Position numbers and translations under genes: made by a program. Below are positions 18,501 through 30,320 of a stretch of 64,000 nucleotides of DNA, in pieces (within the stretch, counting starts at the first letter, position 1; each line of letters opens with the position of its first letter). Source of the stretch: an uncultured Spirochaetota bacterium (lineage in GTDB: Bacteria; Spirochaetota; Spirochaetia; SZUA-6; Fen-1364). The notes beneath the pieces are model-generated. The model searched no databases and was not told where the DNA came from. It worked only from the letters and a program-made list of their open reading frames with translations. The stretch covers positions 1 to 64,000 of the forward strand of contig CAWGAA010000001.1 of the NCBI GenBank assembly GCA_963820525.1. Reading direction: 5' to 3'.

Positions 18501-19121
18501 ATGCCTGCAATGGATCTGAAGAAGACCCACAAGGATCTGTACAACCCTTCTCAGAAGGAGCCATCGCTTGTGAAGGTCCCCGATTTCCCGTACCTCATGG
18601 TGGACGGCATGGGGGACCCCAACACGAGCGCCGCCTTCCGGGAGGCAATCGAGCTGCTCTACGGGCTGTCCTACACGCTGAAGTTCCAGCTCAAGAAAGA
18701 GGGCAAGGATTACACCGTCATGCCCCTGGAGGGCCTTTTCTGCGCGGACGACCCGTCCGCGTTCATGGAGGACAGAAGGGGCGAATGGAAATGGACCCTC
18801 ATGATCATGCAGCCGAAGGAGGTGACGAAGAGCCGCCTTGCCGAAGCCGAGACGGAGCTGGCCGAAAAGAGAAAGCTCTCGACCCCGCTTCCCGTGCGCC
18901 TCCAGACGCTTTCGGAGGGACTCTCGGTCCAGATCATGCACATCGGGCCCTATGCCAAGGAGGGGCCGACGATCGCGGGCCTTCACAGGTTCATGACGGA
19001 TGGCGGCTACACCTTCAACGGAATGCACCACGAGATATACCTTTCGGACCCCAAGCGCACCGCTCAAGCGAAAATGCGCACAGTGATTCGCCAGCCGGTC
19101 AAGAAGGCCGGCGGCAGGTAA
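18501..19121 (+). CDS. GyrI-like small-molecule-binding protein
   Basis: DGMGDPN, VMPLEGL, WKWTLMIMQP, HIGPY and HHEIYLSDP motifs; AGGAGG SD. Confidence 0.88.
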   Translation: MPAMDLKKTHKDLYNPSQKEPSLVKVPDFPYLMVDGMGDPNTSAAFREAIELLYGLSYTLKFQLKKEGKDYTVMPLEGLFCADDPSAFMEDRRGEWKWTLMIMQPKEVTKSRLAEAETELAEKRKLSTPLPVRLQTLSEGLSVQIMHIGPYAKEGPTIAGLHRFMTDGGYTFNGMHHEIYLSDPKRTAQAKMRTVIRQPVKKAGGR

Positions 19122-19131
19122 GAGGATCTGA

Positions 19132-19949
19132 ATGCTCTCAATCGGCGAGTTCTCCCAGGCCGCCAAGATCACGGTCAAGGCGCTGCGGCACTACCATGAG
19201 CTGGGTCTCCTCGCTCCCGAGCTCGTCGATGAGGAGACGGGGTATCGCTACTACGGGTGGAAATCCTTCGAGAGGGCGCGAGCCATCAGGGAGCTGAAGG
19301 ACATGGGATTTTCCTTGGCGGAGATCGGAATGCTTTTCGCCCAGGCATCGGAGGACGCCGAGCTGGCCGGCCCCCTGAGGCTGAAGCTCGAGCGGATCGA
19401 GTCGGATATTCGCGACCAGCGCGCCATGCAGCGCAGGATCCGCGAGTTCCTTGCGGCCATCGAGAAAACGGGCGAGGCCCCTCAGGCCGGCCGCGAGGCG
19501 GGCGAAGAGGAGGTGCCGGAGACCCTCCTCTTCGGACTCCGGCACCAGGGGCGCTACCAGGAGATCGGCCGGTTGATCACCCAGATCTACCGCACGGTGG
19601 GCCGCCATGCCGCCGGCGGGCCCTTCTGCCTCTACTATGACGGGGAGTACAAGGAGGAAGGAGCGGACTTCGAGGTCTGTGTTCCCGCTCGAAGCCGCGC
19701 GGGGATGGAGGGGCTTGACTGCCGGATGCTCCCCGGAGGGAGTGCTGCAACGCTGATCCACATAGGGCCCTATGAGACGCTGGGAAAGAGCTACGCCTGG
19801 CTTTACGATTACGTGCGGCGGCGGAAAAAATCAGTCCGACTTCCCATCCGCGAGGTGTATCTCAAGGGGCCGGGTCTGATTGTCGGGGGGACCCGGCCCG
19901 CTATCGCACGAAGCTCATGCTGATGCTCCAAGAGCCGCCTCGGGGATGA
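19132..19949 (+). CDS. MerR family regulator with C-terminal GyrI domain (BmrR-like); apparent 1-nt loss near the 3' end
   Basis: IGEFS..VKALRHYHELGLL, GYRYY and HIGPYE motifs. The frame stops at 19923; one extra G at 19885-19890 restores GDPARYRTKL up to TGA 19947-19949. Confidence 0.85.
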
Positions 19950-19958
19950 GCCGGGGGA

Positions 19959-21218
19959 TCAACCCCCGGCCTGGGCTATCGTCGTGTACACGAGAAGGCC
20001 GGTCAATGCCGTGAGACAGACGATGACGAAAATGGAGAGGGCATTGAGGCCCTTCTTGTTCGTGAACTTCTCTCCCAGGAGTCCCCTGTCGTTCACCAGG
20101 AGGAGCATCACGACCAGGATGACGGGGAGAAGGATCCCATTGAGGGTCTGGCTCAAGAGCATCATCTCCACCAGAGACCTGACGGGCAGGAGGATGATGC
20201 CGGCGCCCGCCACAATGAAAGCGGTATAGATGCCGAAAAAGACGGGCGCTTCACGGATTTTCCGGCTCACCCCGGATTCCCAGCCAAAGGCCTCGCAGAC
20301 GACGTACGCCGTGGACAGGGGGAGTATTGCCGCGGAAAACAGCGATGCATTGAGCAGGCCGACGGCGAACAGGACGGCAGCATACGTTCCCGCCAGGGGT
20401 CGGAGGGCGATGGCCGCGTCCTTCGCCGTGTCGATGGGGACGTTTTCCACGAAGAGGGTGGCGGCGCAGGCAATGGTGATGAAGACCGCCACGAAAATGG
20501 CGAACAGCGAACCGATGATCACGTCGAGCCGCTCGTAGGCGTAATCGGCCGGCTTGAGGCCTTTGTCCGCGATTGCCGATTGCTGGTAGAACTGCATCCA
20601 GGGGGCGATCGTGGTCCCGATGATCGTGATGAGGATGACGATGTAGCCCTTGTCCATCTGGAAGTGGGGGGTAACCAGGGAGCGAAGGATTGCGGGGCCC
20701 GCCGGCTTGGCCATGAATCCCGCCACGACGTAGGCGAGGTAGATGGCGCTCGCCAGGAGGAATATCCGCTCCACGATCTTGTAGTTGCCCCGCACAATGA
20801 GAAGCCAGACCAGCACCGCCGCGATGGGCACGGAGATGAACTTGCTCACGCCGAAGATCTCCATGCTGGCGGCCACGCCCGCGAACTCGCTCACCGTGTT
20901 GGCGAGGTTGGCGAAGATAAGCACCCCCAGCACAAGGGCAGTCACCCGCACGCCGAAGCTCTCCCGGATCAGGTCTGCGAGCCCTTTTCCCGTCACCACG
21001 CCGAGGCGGGCGCTCATTTCCTGCACGACGATGAGAGCGATGGCCAGGAGGGGCATGATCCAGAGGGTCGCATAGCCGAAATGGGCCCCGGCCACGGAGT
21101 AGGTGGTGATGCCTCCGGCATCGTTGTCCACGTTTGCCGTGATGATCCCGGGGCCTATGACGGCGAACAGGAGCGCGAGTCGCGCTCCAATGAATCGATA
21201 GCGTTGCAGGCGGCGCAT
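19959..21218 (-). CDS. NRAMP-family divalent cation transporter (Mg2+-transporter-like subgroup)
   Basis: GPGIITANVDNDAGGITTYS, QEMSARLG, GTTIAPWMQF; many TM segments. Confidence 0.88.
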   Translation of the reverse strand: MRRLQRYRFIGARLALLFAVIGPGIITANVDNDAGGITTYSVAGAHFGYATLWIMPLLAIALIVVQEMSARLGVVTGKGLADLIRESFGVRVTALVLGVLIFANLANTVSEFAGVAASMEIFGVSKFISVPIAAVLVWLLIVRGNYKIVERIFLLASAIYLAYVVAGFMAKPAGPAILRSLVTPHFQMDKGYIVILITIIGTTIAPWMQFYQQSAIADKGLKPADYAYERLDVIIGSLFAIFVAVFITIACAATLFVENVPIDTAKDAAIALRPLAGTYAAVLFAVGLLNASLFSAAILPLSTAYVVCEAFGWESGVSRKIREAPVFFGIYTAFIVAGAGIILLPVRSLVEMMLLSQTLNGILLPVILVVMLLLVNDRGLLGEKFTNKKGLNALSIFVIVCLTALTGLLVYTTIAQAGG

Positions 21219-21269
21219 GGGCGGCGAAACCTCCCGAGCTCGGCGCGCGGCGGCGCGCGGTTGTCATTG

Positions 21270-22528
21270 CTACCTGTAGAGGCGCGGAAGGCGTTTCTTC
21301 CACGCCGTCGGAATGATCTTGTCCAGCGCGTCGTCTGCGGTCACGATCCCCTGGAGACGGGCCTCGTCGTCCACCACCGGGACCGCGATGAGGTTGTACT
21401 TGGAGACAACCTGTGCCACCTCGTCCTGGGAATCCCGAAGGTTGACCGCGACGAACCTGGTGTGCATGAACTGGTTCACCGGGGTCTTGGGATCCGCCAG
21501 CACCAGCTCCTTGAGCGAGAAGACCCCCTGGAGGACCCCTTTTTGTCCGTGACGTAGACGTAGAAGATCGTCTCCACATCGCGGGCCGATTCGCGGATGG
21601 CCTTCATCGCCTGCGCCGCACTCTTGTCCGGGCGCACGGTCACAAAGCCGGTGGTCATGAGCCCGCCGGCCGAGTCGTCGGGGTAGGAGAGGAGCTTCTT
21701 CACGTCCTCCGCCGAGTCCTTCTCCATCTTTCTGAGGAGGCTCTTGCTGCGCTCTTCGGGAAGCTCGGCGAGGAGGTCCGCCGCCGAGTCGGGGGCCATC
21801 TCCTCCAGCATTGTGGCCACCCTCTCATCCGGCATTCCGCCCACGAGACTGGCCTGGAAATCGGGCTCCACTTCCTCCAGGGTTTCAGCCGCCGTCTTGG
21901 GGTCGAGAGACTCCAGCAGCTTGCTCCCCTCGGCCCTCCCCAGGTCGCTTAAGATCTCGGCGATGTCGGCGGGGTGGAGGTCAGCGATCTTCTCTCCGGG
22001 GACCTTGAGCCTGAGCTGTCGATGCTTGGCGATGGGCTCAACGTCGTCCCAGGAGATGAACCCCGGCGGAAGGCCCGGGCGCGAAGCGCGTTTCCCCAGG
22101 CGGGGAAAAAGCCGCAGGAGACCGATCCGCCGCAGGAGCCCCCGGGTTCCGATGTCCACGTTGGCCACGTAGAACTTCCCATTGATGCGGGCAAGCTCCA
22201 CGTCGTTGACGCGCACCACCCGCACGTCGTTCACGTCGATTATCTGCTGGTCGAGGATGTCGCGAACCAGGAACAGGTCATTGGCGGCCGGCGCGTAGGA
22301 CGGGATTTCCTCGATTCTATGGAGGAGGGGGATGATTGGAGCCACGAGCGCCGCAACCTCGGAAACGGGCACGAGGTATGAGCGCCCGCCGCTTCGCACC
22401 TCAATGGCGGAAAGCACGGGGTGAGGCATGTCGGGCAGCGAGCTTGCCACGAGGTCCTTGAGGTAGCCGATTTTCCTGCCCTCGCCGTCGGACACGGACC
22501 TTCCCATGAGATCGCTTACGTACGGCAT
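21270..22528 (-). CDS. Soluble MgtE-type protein (PRC-barrel, MgtE_N, CBS pair) split by a frameshift at about 21540
   Basis: ILDQQIIDV..VVRVND, LHPADIAEIL, SAGGLMT, YVYVTD; the -1 frame continues GVLQGVFSLKELVLA..KYNLIAVPVVD..GIVTADD. Confidence 0.85.
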
Positions 22529-22597
22529 GTGCGGCCCCCGTTCACTCGAATCTCAAAAGCGCTTCATATCGATTTTCGACATGAAGCCGGCGCGAGT

Positions 22598-23098
22598 TCA
22601 TCGATTCCGCGCGAGCCTGTCGCGAAGCTTCTCGAAGCTCTCGCGGGAAAAAGCCGTGGAGGCTATGCTCGCCCGCAGCCGCGGCCAGGGAAGAATCCTT
22701 GCCAGCGCAGAGGCGAGCCGCGGGTGCTCCCTCCGGAGCCTGATACGGATGCGCCGGATCCCCAGCGGACCGCTCAGCCGGACGCTTGCGATATCGGCCC
22801 AAGCGATCTTCTCGACCAGACGATGCGGGCCGAGCTCCAGAGACATGCCGTCTTTGTCAACCTCGACGGCCCTGATCCCCCGGCGAAACCAGACGGCTGC
22901 CTCCAGCCCCAGTGCAATCCCCAGGGCGACTGAAAGAATGACGAACGCCAGGGGTGAAAAGATCAGGCGCAATCGGGAAACAAAGTAGAAAAGGAGGGTT
23001 CCCAGCGCAAAGGACGCCCCATCCACCGCCGGGATAAGCCAGGCGTGGGCTTCGACTCGAAGGGCTTGCTGGGATCCGGCCTCGCGCGATTGTGCCAT
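22598..23098 (-). CDS. Hypothetical two-TM membrane protein with a PH-like tail
   Basis: Two hydrophobic helices followed by VEVDKDG..IAWADIASV. Confidence 0.55.
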   Translation of the reverse strand: MAQSREAGSQQALRVEAHAWLIPAVDGASFALGTLLFYFVSRLRLIFSPLAFVILSVALGIALGLEAAVWFRRGIRAVEVDKDGMSLELGPHRLVEKIAWADIASVRLSGPLGIRRIRIRLRREHPRLASALARILPWPRLRASIASTAFSRESFEKLRDRLARNR

Positions 23099-23166
23099 GC
23101 GATTGCGCCTGTTATACATGATCCGGGGGCGCGGGGGAAGGGCCGCGGCGGGGGTCACCGCAGCGC

Positions 23167-23254
23167 GCGACGCCGCCACCCGCGCGCGGGACATTGACGG
23201 CCGCGCGCTCCTTGGCGGCCGGGTCGGTCAGCGACGCCGCCCGCGTGCGGGACA
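23167..23254. repeat. Degenerate intergenic direct repeat (2 copies)
   Basis: GCGACGCCGCCACCCGCGCGCGGGACA at 23167-23193 and GCGACGCCGCCCGCGTGCGGGACA at 23231-23254. Confidence 0.5.
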
Positions 23255-23271
23255 CGGACCGAGATCCCTAG

Positions 23272-23308
23272 TTGACACGGTCGAGTGTCATCGGTACTTT
23301 CACTCGAC
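23272..23308 (+). promoter_or_regulatory. carA promoter with an overlapping inverted repeat
   Basis: TTGACA-17-TACTTT; GTCGAGTG-N13-CACTCGAC. Confidence 0.65.
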
Positions 23309-23311
23309 GAA

Positions 23312-24466
23312 ATGAAAGCGGTGCTGCTGCTGGAGGACGGTGTTTTTTACGAAGGCGAAGCCTTCGGGGCGGAGGGCGAGGCCTTCGGGGAAGTCGTTTT
23401 CAATACCTCCATCACGGGGTACCAGGAGATCCTCACAGACCCTTCCTACAAGGGCCAGATCGTCACGATGACCTATCCGCTCATCGGCAACTACGGCGTC
23501 AACGAACAGGATGTCGAGTCGCAGGGGCCGTGGGTTGAAGGATTCGTCGTGCGGGAGGCAAGCTCGATACGCTCCAATTGGAGAGCCTCCATGGATCTGG
23601 ACACATACCTCAAGAAATCATCCGTCGTCGGCATTCAGGGAATCGATACGCGGGCGCTCACCAGACACCTTCGCATAAACGGGGCCAAGCAGGGAGTGAT
23701 TTCCAGCCGTGATCTGGATCCCGCATCCCTGGCACGCAAGCTGGCCGATGCCCCCCGGATCGTCGGAGTTGATTTAGTGAAGGAAGTGAGCTGCGAAGCG
23801 CCGTATGAATGGCGTGAGCCTCTGGCCGAGCTTTCGGCAGTTCAGTTCGGGCAGATGGACGCGGCGAGCCGCCGGCAGGCCGTCCAGCGCGGCAAGCCGG
23901 CTCACCATGTCGTCGTCGTGGACTGCGGAGTCAAGAGGAACATCCTGCGAAACCTCGTTTCCGCCGGGTGCAGGGTCACCGTGGTTCCCGCCTCCACGAC
24001 GAGCCGCCAGATTCTCGCGATGCAGCCGGAGGGCCTCGTGATCTCCAACGGTCCCGGAGATCCCGAGCCGATCGGATACGTGGCCCGGACCGTCGCGGAG
24101 CTCCTGGGCAAGCTTCCCATCTTCGGGATCTGCATGGGCCAGCACGTTCTGGGCCTGGCAATGGGGGGCACAACCTTCAAGCTGAAGTTCGGCCATCACG
24201 GGGGAAACCATCCCGTGAAGGACCTCGACACGGGAAGGATCGCGATCACCTCGCAGAATCACGGCTTCAACGTGGACGTGGACTCGATCCCCCGGAAAGG
24301 CACGCGGGTCACGCATCTCAACCTCTATGACAAGACCGTCGAGGGCCTGGAGAACCGCGACCTTGCGGCATTCAGCGTCCAGTATCACCCCGAGGCGAGC
24401 CCCGGGCCCCACGACGCGGGATACCTCTTCGGCAAGTTCGTGGGCATGATGGAAAAGCGGGACTAG
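23312..24466 (+). CDS. carA: Carbamoyl-phosphate synthase small subunit
   Basis: [32 protein letters not shown] and QYHPE motifs. Confidence 0.97.
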   Translation: MKAVLLLEDGVFYEGEAFGAEGEAFGEVVFNTSITGYQEILTDPSYKGQIVTMTYPLIGNYGVNEQDVESQGPWVEGFVVREASSIRSNWRASMDLDTYLKKSSVVGIQGIDTRALTRHLRINGAKQGVISSRDLDPASLARKLADAPRIVGVDLVKEVSCEAPYEWREPLAELSAVQFGQMDAASRRQAVQRGKPAHHVVVVDCGVKRNILRNLVSAGCRVTVVPASTTSRQILAMQPEGLVISNGPGDPEPIGYVARTVAELLGKLPIFGICMGQHVLGLAMGGTTFKLKFGHHGGNHPVKDLDTGRIAITSQNHGFNVDVDSIPRKGTRVTHLNLYDKTVEGLENRDLAAFSVQYHPEASPGPHDAGYLFGKFVGMMEKRD

Positions 24467-24474
24467 ACAAAGCG

Positions 24475-27656
<3,182 letters not shown>

Positions 27657-27660
<4 letters not shown>

Positions 27661-28787
27661 GTCTTGCCCTCCGCCCATTTTATGCGGCCGAATCGGCGCT
27701 TGTCCGCGGTCATCCTCGATCTTCCGATGATCCTCTCGATTATGTTCTCCACCTCGGTGAGGGGATCCACCTCCCGGTTCAGGACGCGGTAAACGCCCCC
27801 CGAGATGGGAAGGATGAGGCCTTTCTGCTCGGCAAGCGCATGCAGGTGCTTTGCAGTCACCACTCCCTCCGGGATGTATCCGATGGAGGGGAGGTGGGCG
27901 ATGAGATCTTCGATCGAGGAAAACGGGGCGATGAGGCTCTTTTCCACGATTTCGCGGCCGAACCTTCTGTTTCGCCCCAAGATGCTCCGGCAGGTGACGT
28001 CGAGATCCCCGACACCGGCAATCGAGGCGAAGGTTTCGGGATGCGTCGCCCCCATGCGCCTTCCCACGCGCTGGATCTCGCTCAATCCGGCGGCCAGGAC
28101 CAGGCTCTCCGTGTTGTCGCCGAACTGGTCTGAAGATTCCTTGAGCGCATCGAGCATACCGAAGGCGATGGCGATCACGTTCTTCAGGGCTGCGCTCACC
28201 TGAACGCCGCGAACGTCCAGCGATGAAAAGACGACAAGGCGGCCGCCGGAGAGAAGCTCCCGGAACCGGATGGAGTTTTTCCCGCTTCTGGAGGCGCTGA
28301 TCAGCCCCGTGATTTTTCCCCGCGCCACTTCGATGGCATGGCTGGGCCCGGAGATGTAGACGAGCTTTCCCTTGTACGAGCCGGGAAGGTACTCTTCGAT
28401 CGCATCGGTCATGAGCCGGACGCCGTCCCTGGACTCGATCAGGCCTTTTGTGAGAATGGCGATGAAAGGCTTGCCTTCGCGGATTTCAGCAGAGGAGGAG
28501 AGCTGCTTTACGATGCCCAGGAGGTACAGAGAAGGCACAGCGAGGAAGAGATAGCCCTTGCCGTAGGCCACCTCGTGAATGTCAGAGGAGGCGTGGAGAG
28601 ACGGCGGAAGGGCGATGCCGGGGAGGAATCTCTCGTTGGTATGACGTTCGTTGATTTCGGTAACCAGCTCCGGTTCGTAGCACCACATGTCCACGGGGAG
28701 TTGCTTCTCTGCCAGCACCTTGGCAACGGCCGTTCCCCAAGCCCCTGCACCGATCACTCCAATCGCTGGATTCACCACTTTGGCCAT
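27657..28787 (-). CDS. gpsA: NAD(P)H-dependent glycerol-3-phosphate dehydrogenase
   Basis: [31 protein letters not shown] and RNRRFG motifs. Confidence 0.93.
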
Positions 28788-28884
28788 GGCAATCTGCATA
28801 CACTGGCACTTCCCGGTTGTCAAGCTGGATCAAAACGGGGATAATTAATGCGTAAATGGCAAAACGTTGGGCATCCCCTCCTCC

Positions 28885-30195
28885 CTACTGCCTCATCGCT
28901 CTTTGAACGATGCTCAGATCCTGCTTGAGGGCTGAGCTTCCGGGATAAACGGAAAGCGCAGCGACAAGAAAATCCTTCGCTTCCGTGTATTTGCGGGAAT
29001 TGAACAGGGAGGCGAACTGGTTGTGGACGTATGCCTCGTAGGTCTTGAGGAGCTCGGGTTGCGAGCCGAACCGGGGAAGCTCTCCCGCGACAATCTCCGC
29101 CGCCGCTTGAAAGCCATCGGTGCGCGCCGCGCCCTCGGCTCTCTTCTGTACGAGAAACACGGACAGGTCGGTCCAATCCTTCTTGTCGAGCGGGGTGTCC
29201 TGTTGAGAGTTGCCAAGGAGAGTCTGAGCGTCATCGAGCAGTCCCGACTGAGCGAGGCCGATCACCTGGTTGTGGAACAGCTCGGCCCGTCTTTGGTCCA
29301 GTATGGGAAGATCGCCGTAGAGGGTCTCCGCCTCCGAGATGAGCGCGGCCGCGTGCTGATAGTCCTGCCGTATCCCCAGCCATGCGGCGTAATCGGCGAT
29401 GGTGACGGCGAGGGTCTTCTTGAAATCATCGGATCCGACCAGGGAATACGCCGTTGCGGCGGGCTGCACGGCGCCCTGGAAGTTGCTTCTCTGGATCTCG
29501 AATGATGCCCGGTCGTAGAGGATCAGGGCGAGAAGCTCCTTCTCCCCAATAGCCGTGCGCTCGCGATAGTCCGAGGGCGGCACGTAGCTGAACCCCGTCA
29601 CCTTGCCGAAAAGGCCCTTGAACTCACGCTTTGTCCCGGGATTGAAGCCATAGGGGTTGGTGGTCTCCACATCGATGGGCGTTCCATTCACTTCCACCGT
29701 GCAGAATGCGTGGTCCGTGGTCCTGACGCCTCCCACGGAGAGCCCCACCGATCGGGCGAGGATCATGTACAGCACGGCCGATGAGACGCAGTTGAAGACT
29801 CCCGTGTCCAGCGCCGTGTCCACCCGCGCCTGGAGCAGCGAGTAGGAGCGCAGGAGCGAATCGTGGAGGAAAACGAGGGCCATCTCGCCGAGGTGGGCCT
29901 GGTCCTGGATCCCCGAGGCCTTTTGCTGGAACCTCTGGACCTCCAAGCGCAAGGCTTCGCGCTCCTGGTCCATCGAGCCTTCGGGCGTGCCTGAAAATGC
30001 GAGTGCCGCTTCGATCATCATGTCCACGGGAAGCGGCTCGGGCTCGGCAGCGAGCGCGGCGGCCAGGGGCAGGGGAGCCAGCTCCGGGAAGTCCTGTTGC
30101 GTTTGGGCCGAGGCGATGCCGCCTGCCAGCACGAGCAGGCCGAAGGCGAGCAGTGAAAACCGGATGAGCCCGCGGGCTCGGGAAAAACTCACCAT
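28885..30195 (-). CDS. Exported transglutaminase-like/TPR protein
   Basis: Signal peptide; FNCVSSAVLY...DHAF...DVETT (Cys-His-Asp/Glu); helical C-terminus. Confidence 0.7.
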   Translation of the reverse strand: MVSFSRARGLIRFSLLAFGLLVLAGGIASAQTQQDFPELAPLPLAAALAAEPEPLPVDMMIEAALAFSGTPEGSMDQEREALRLEVQRFQQKASGIQDQAHLGEMALVFLHDSLLRSYSLLQARVDTALDTGVFNCVSSAVLYMILARSVGLSVGGVRTTDHAFCTVEVNGTPIDVETTNPYGFNPGTKREFKGLFGKVTGFSYVPPSDYRERTAIGEKELLALILYDRASFEIQRSNFQGAVQPAATAYSLVGSDDFKKTLAVTIADYAAWLGIRQDYQHAAALISEAETLYGDLPILDQRRAELFHNQVIGLAQSGLLDDAQTLLGNSQQDTPLDKKDWTDLSVFLVQKRAEGAARTDGFQAAAEIVAGELPRFGSQPELLKTYEAYVHNQFASLFNSRKYTEAKDFLVAALSVYPGSSALKQDLSIVQRAMRQ

Positions 30196-30278
30196 GACAA
30201 TAGGAGGATTCCACCCTCACGCGATCCTCGTCAAGGGCAAAGTCGACTCCATCTTTGGCCTCCGCTTGCGCTCGCCTC

Positions 30279-30320
30279 TTGCACGCATCGGACCCATATA
30301 CTATACTAATGTTAAGTATA
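30279..30320 (+). promoter_or_regulatory. dnaE promoter with a palindromic operator candidate
   Basis: TTGCAC-17-TATACT; TATACT-N7-AGTATA spans 30302-30320 and ends on the A of the start codon. Confidence 0.7.
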
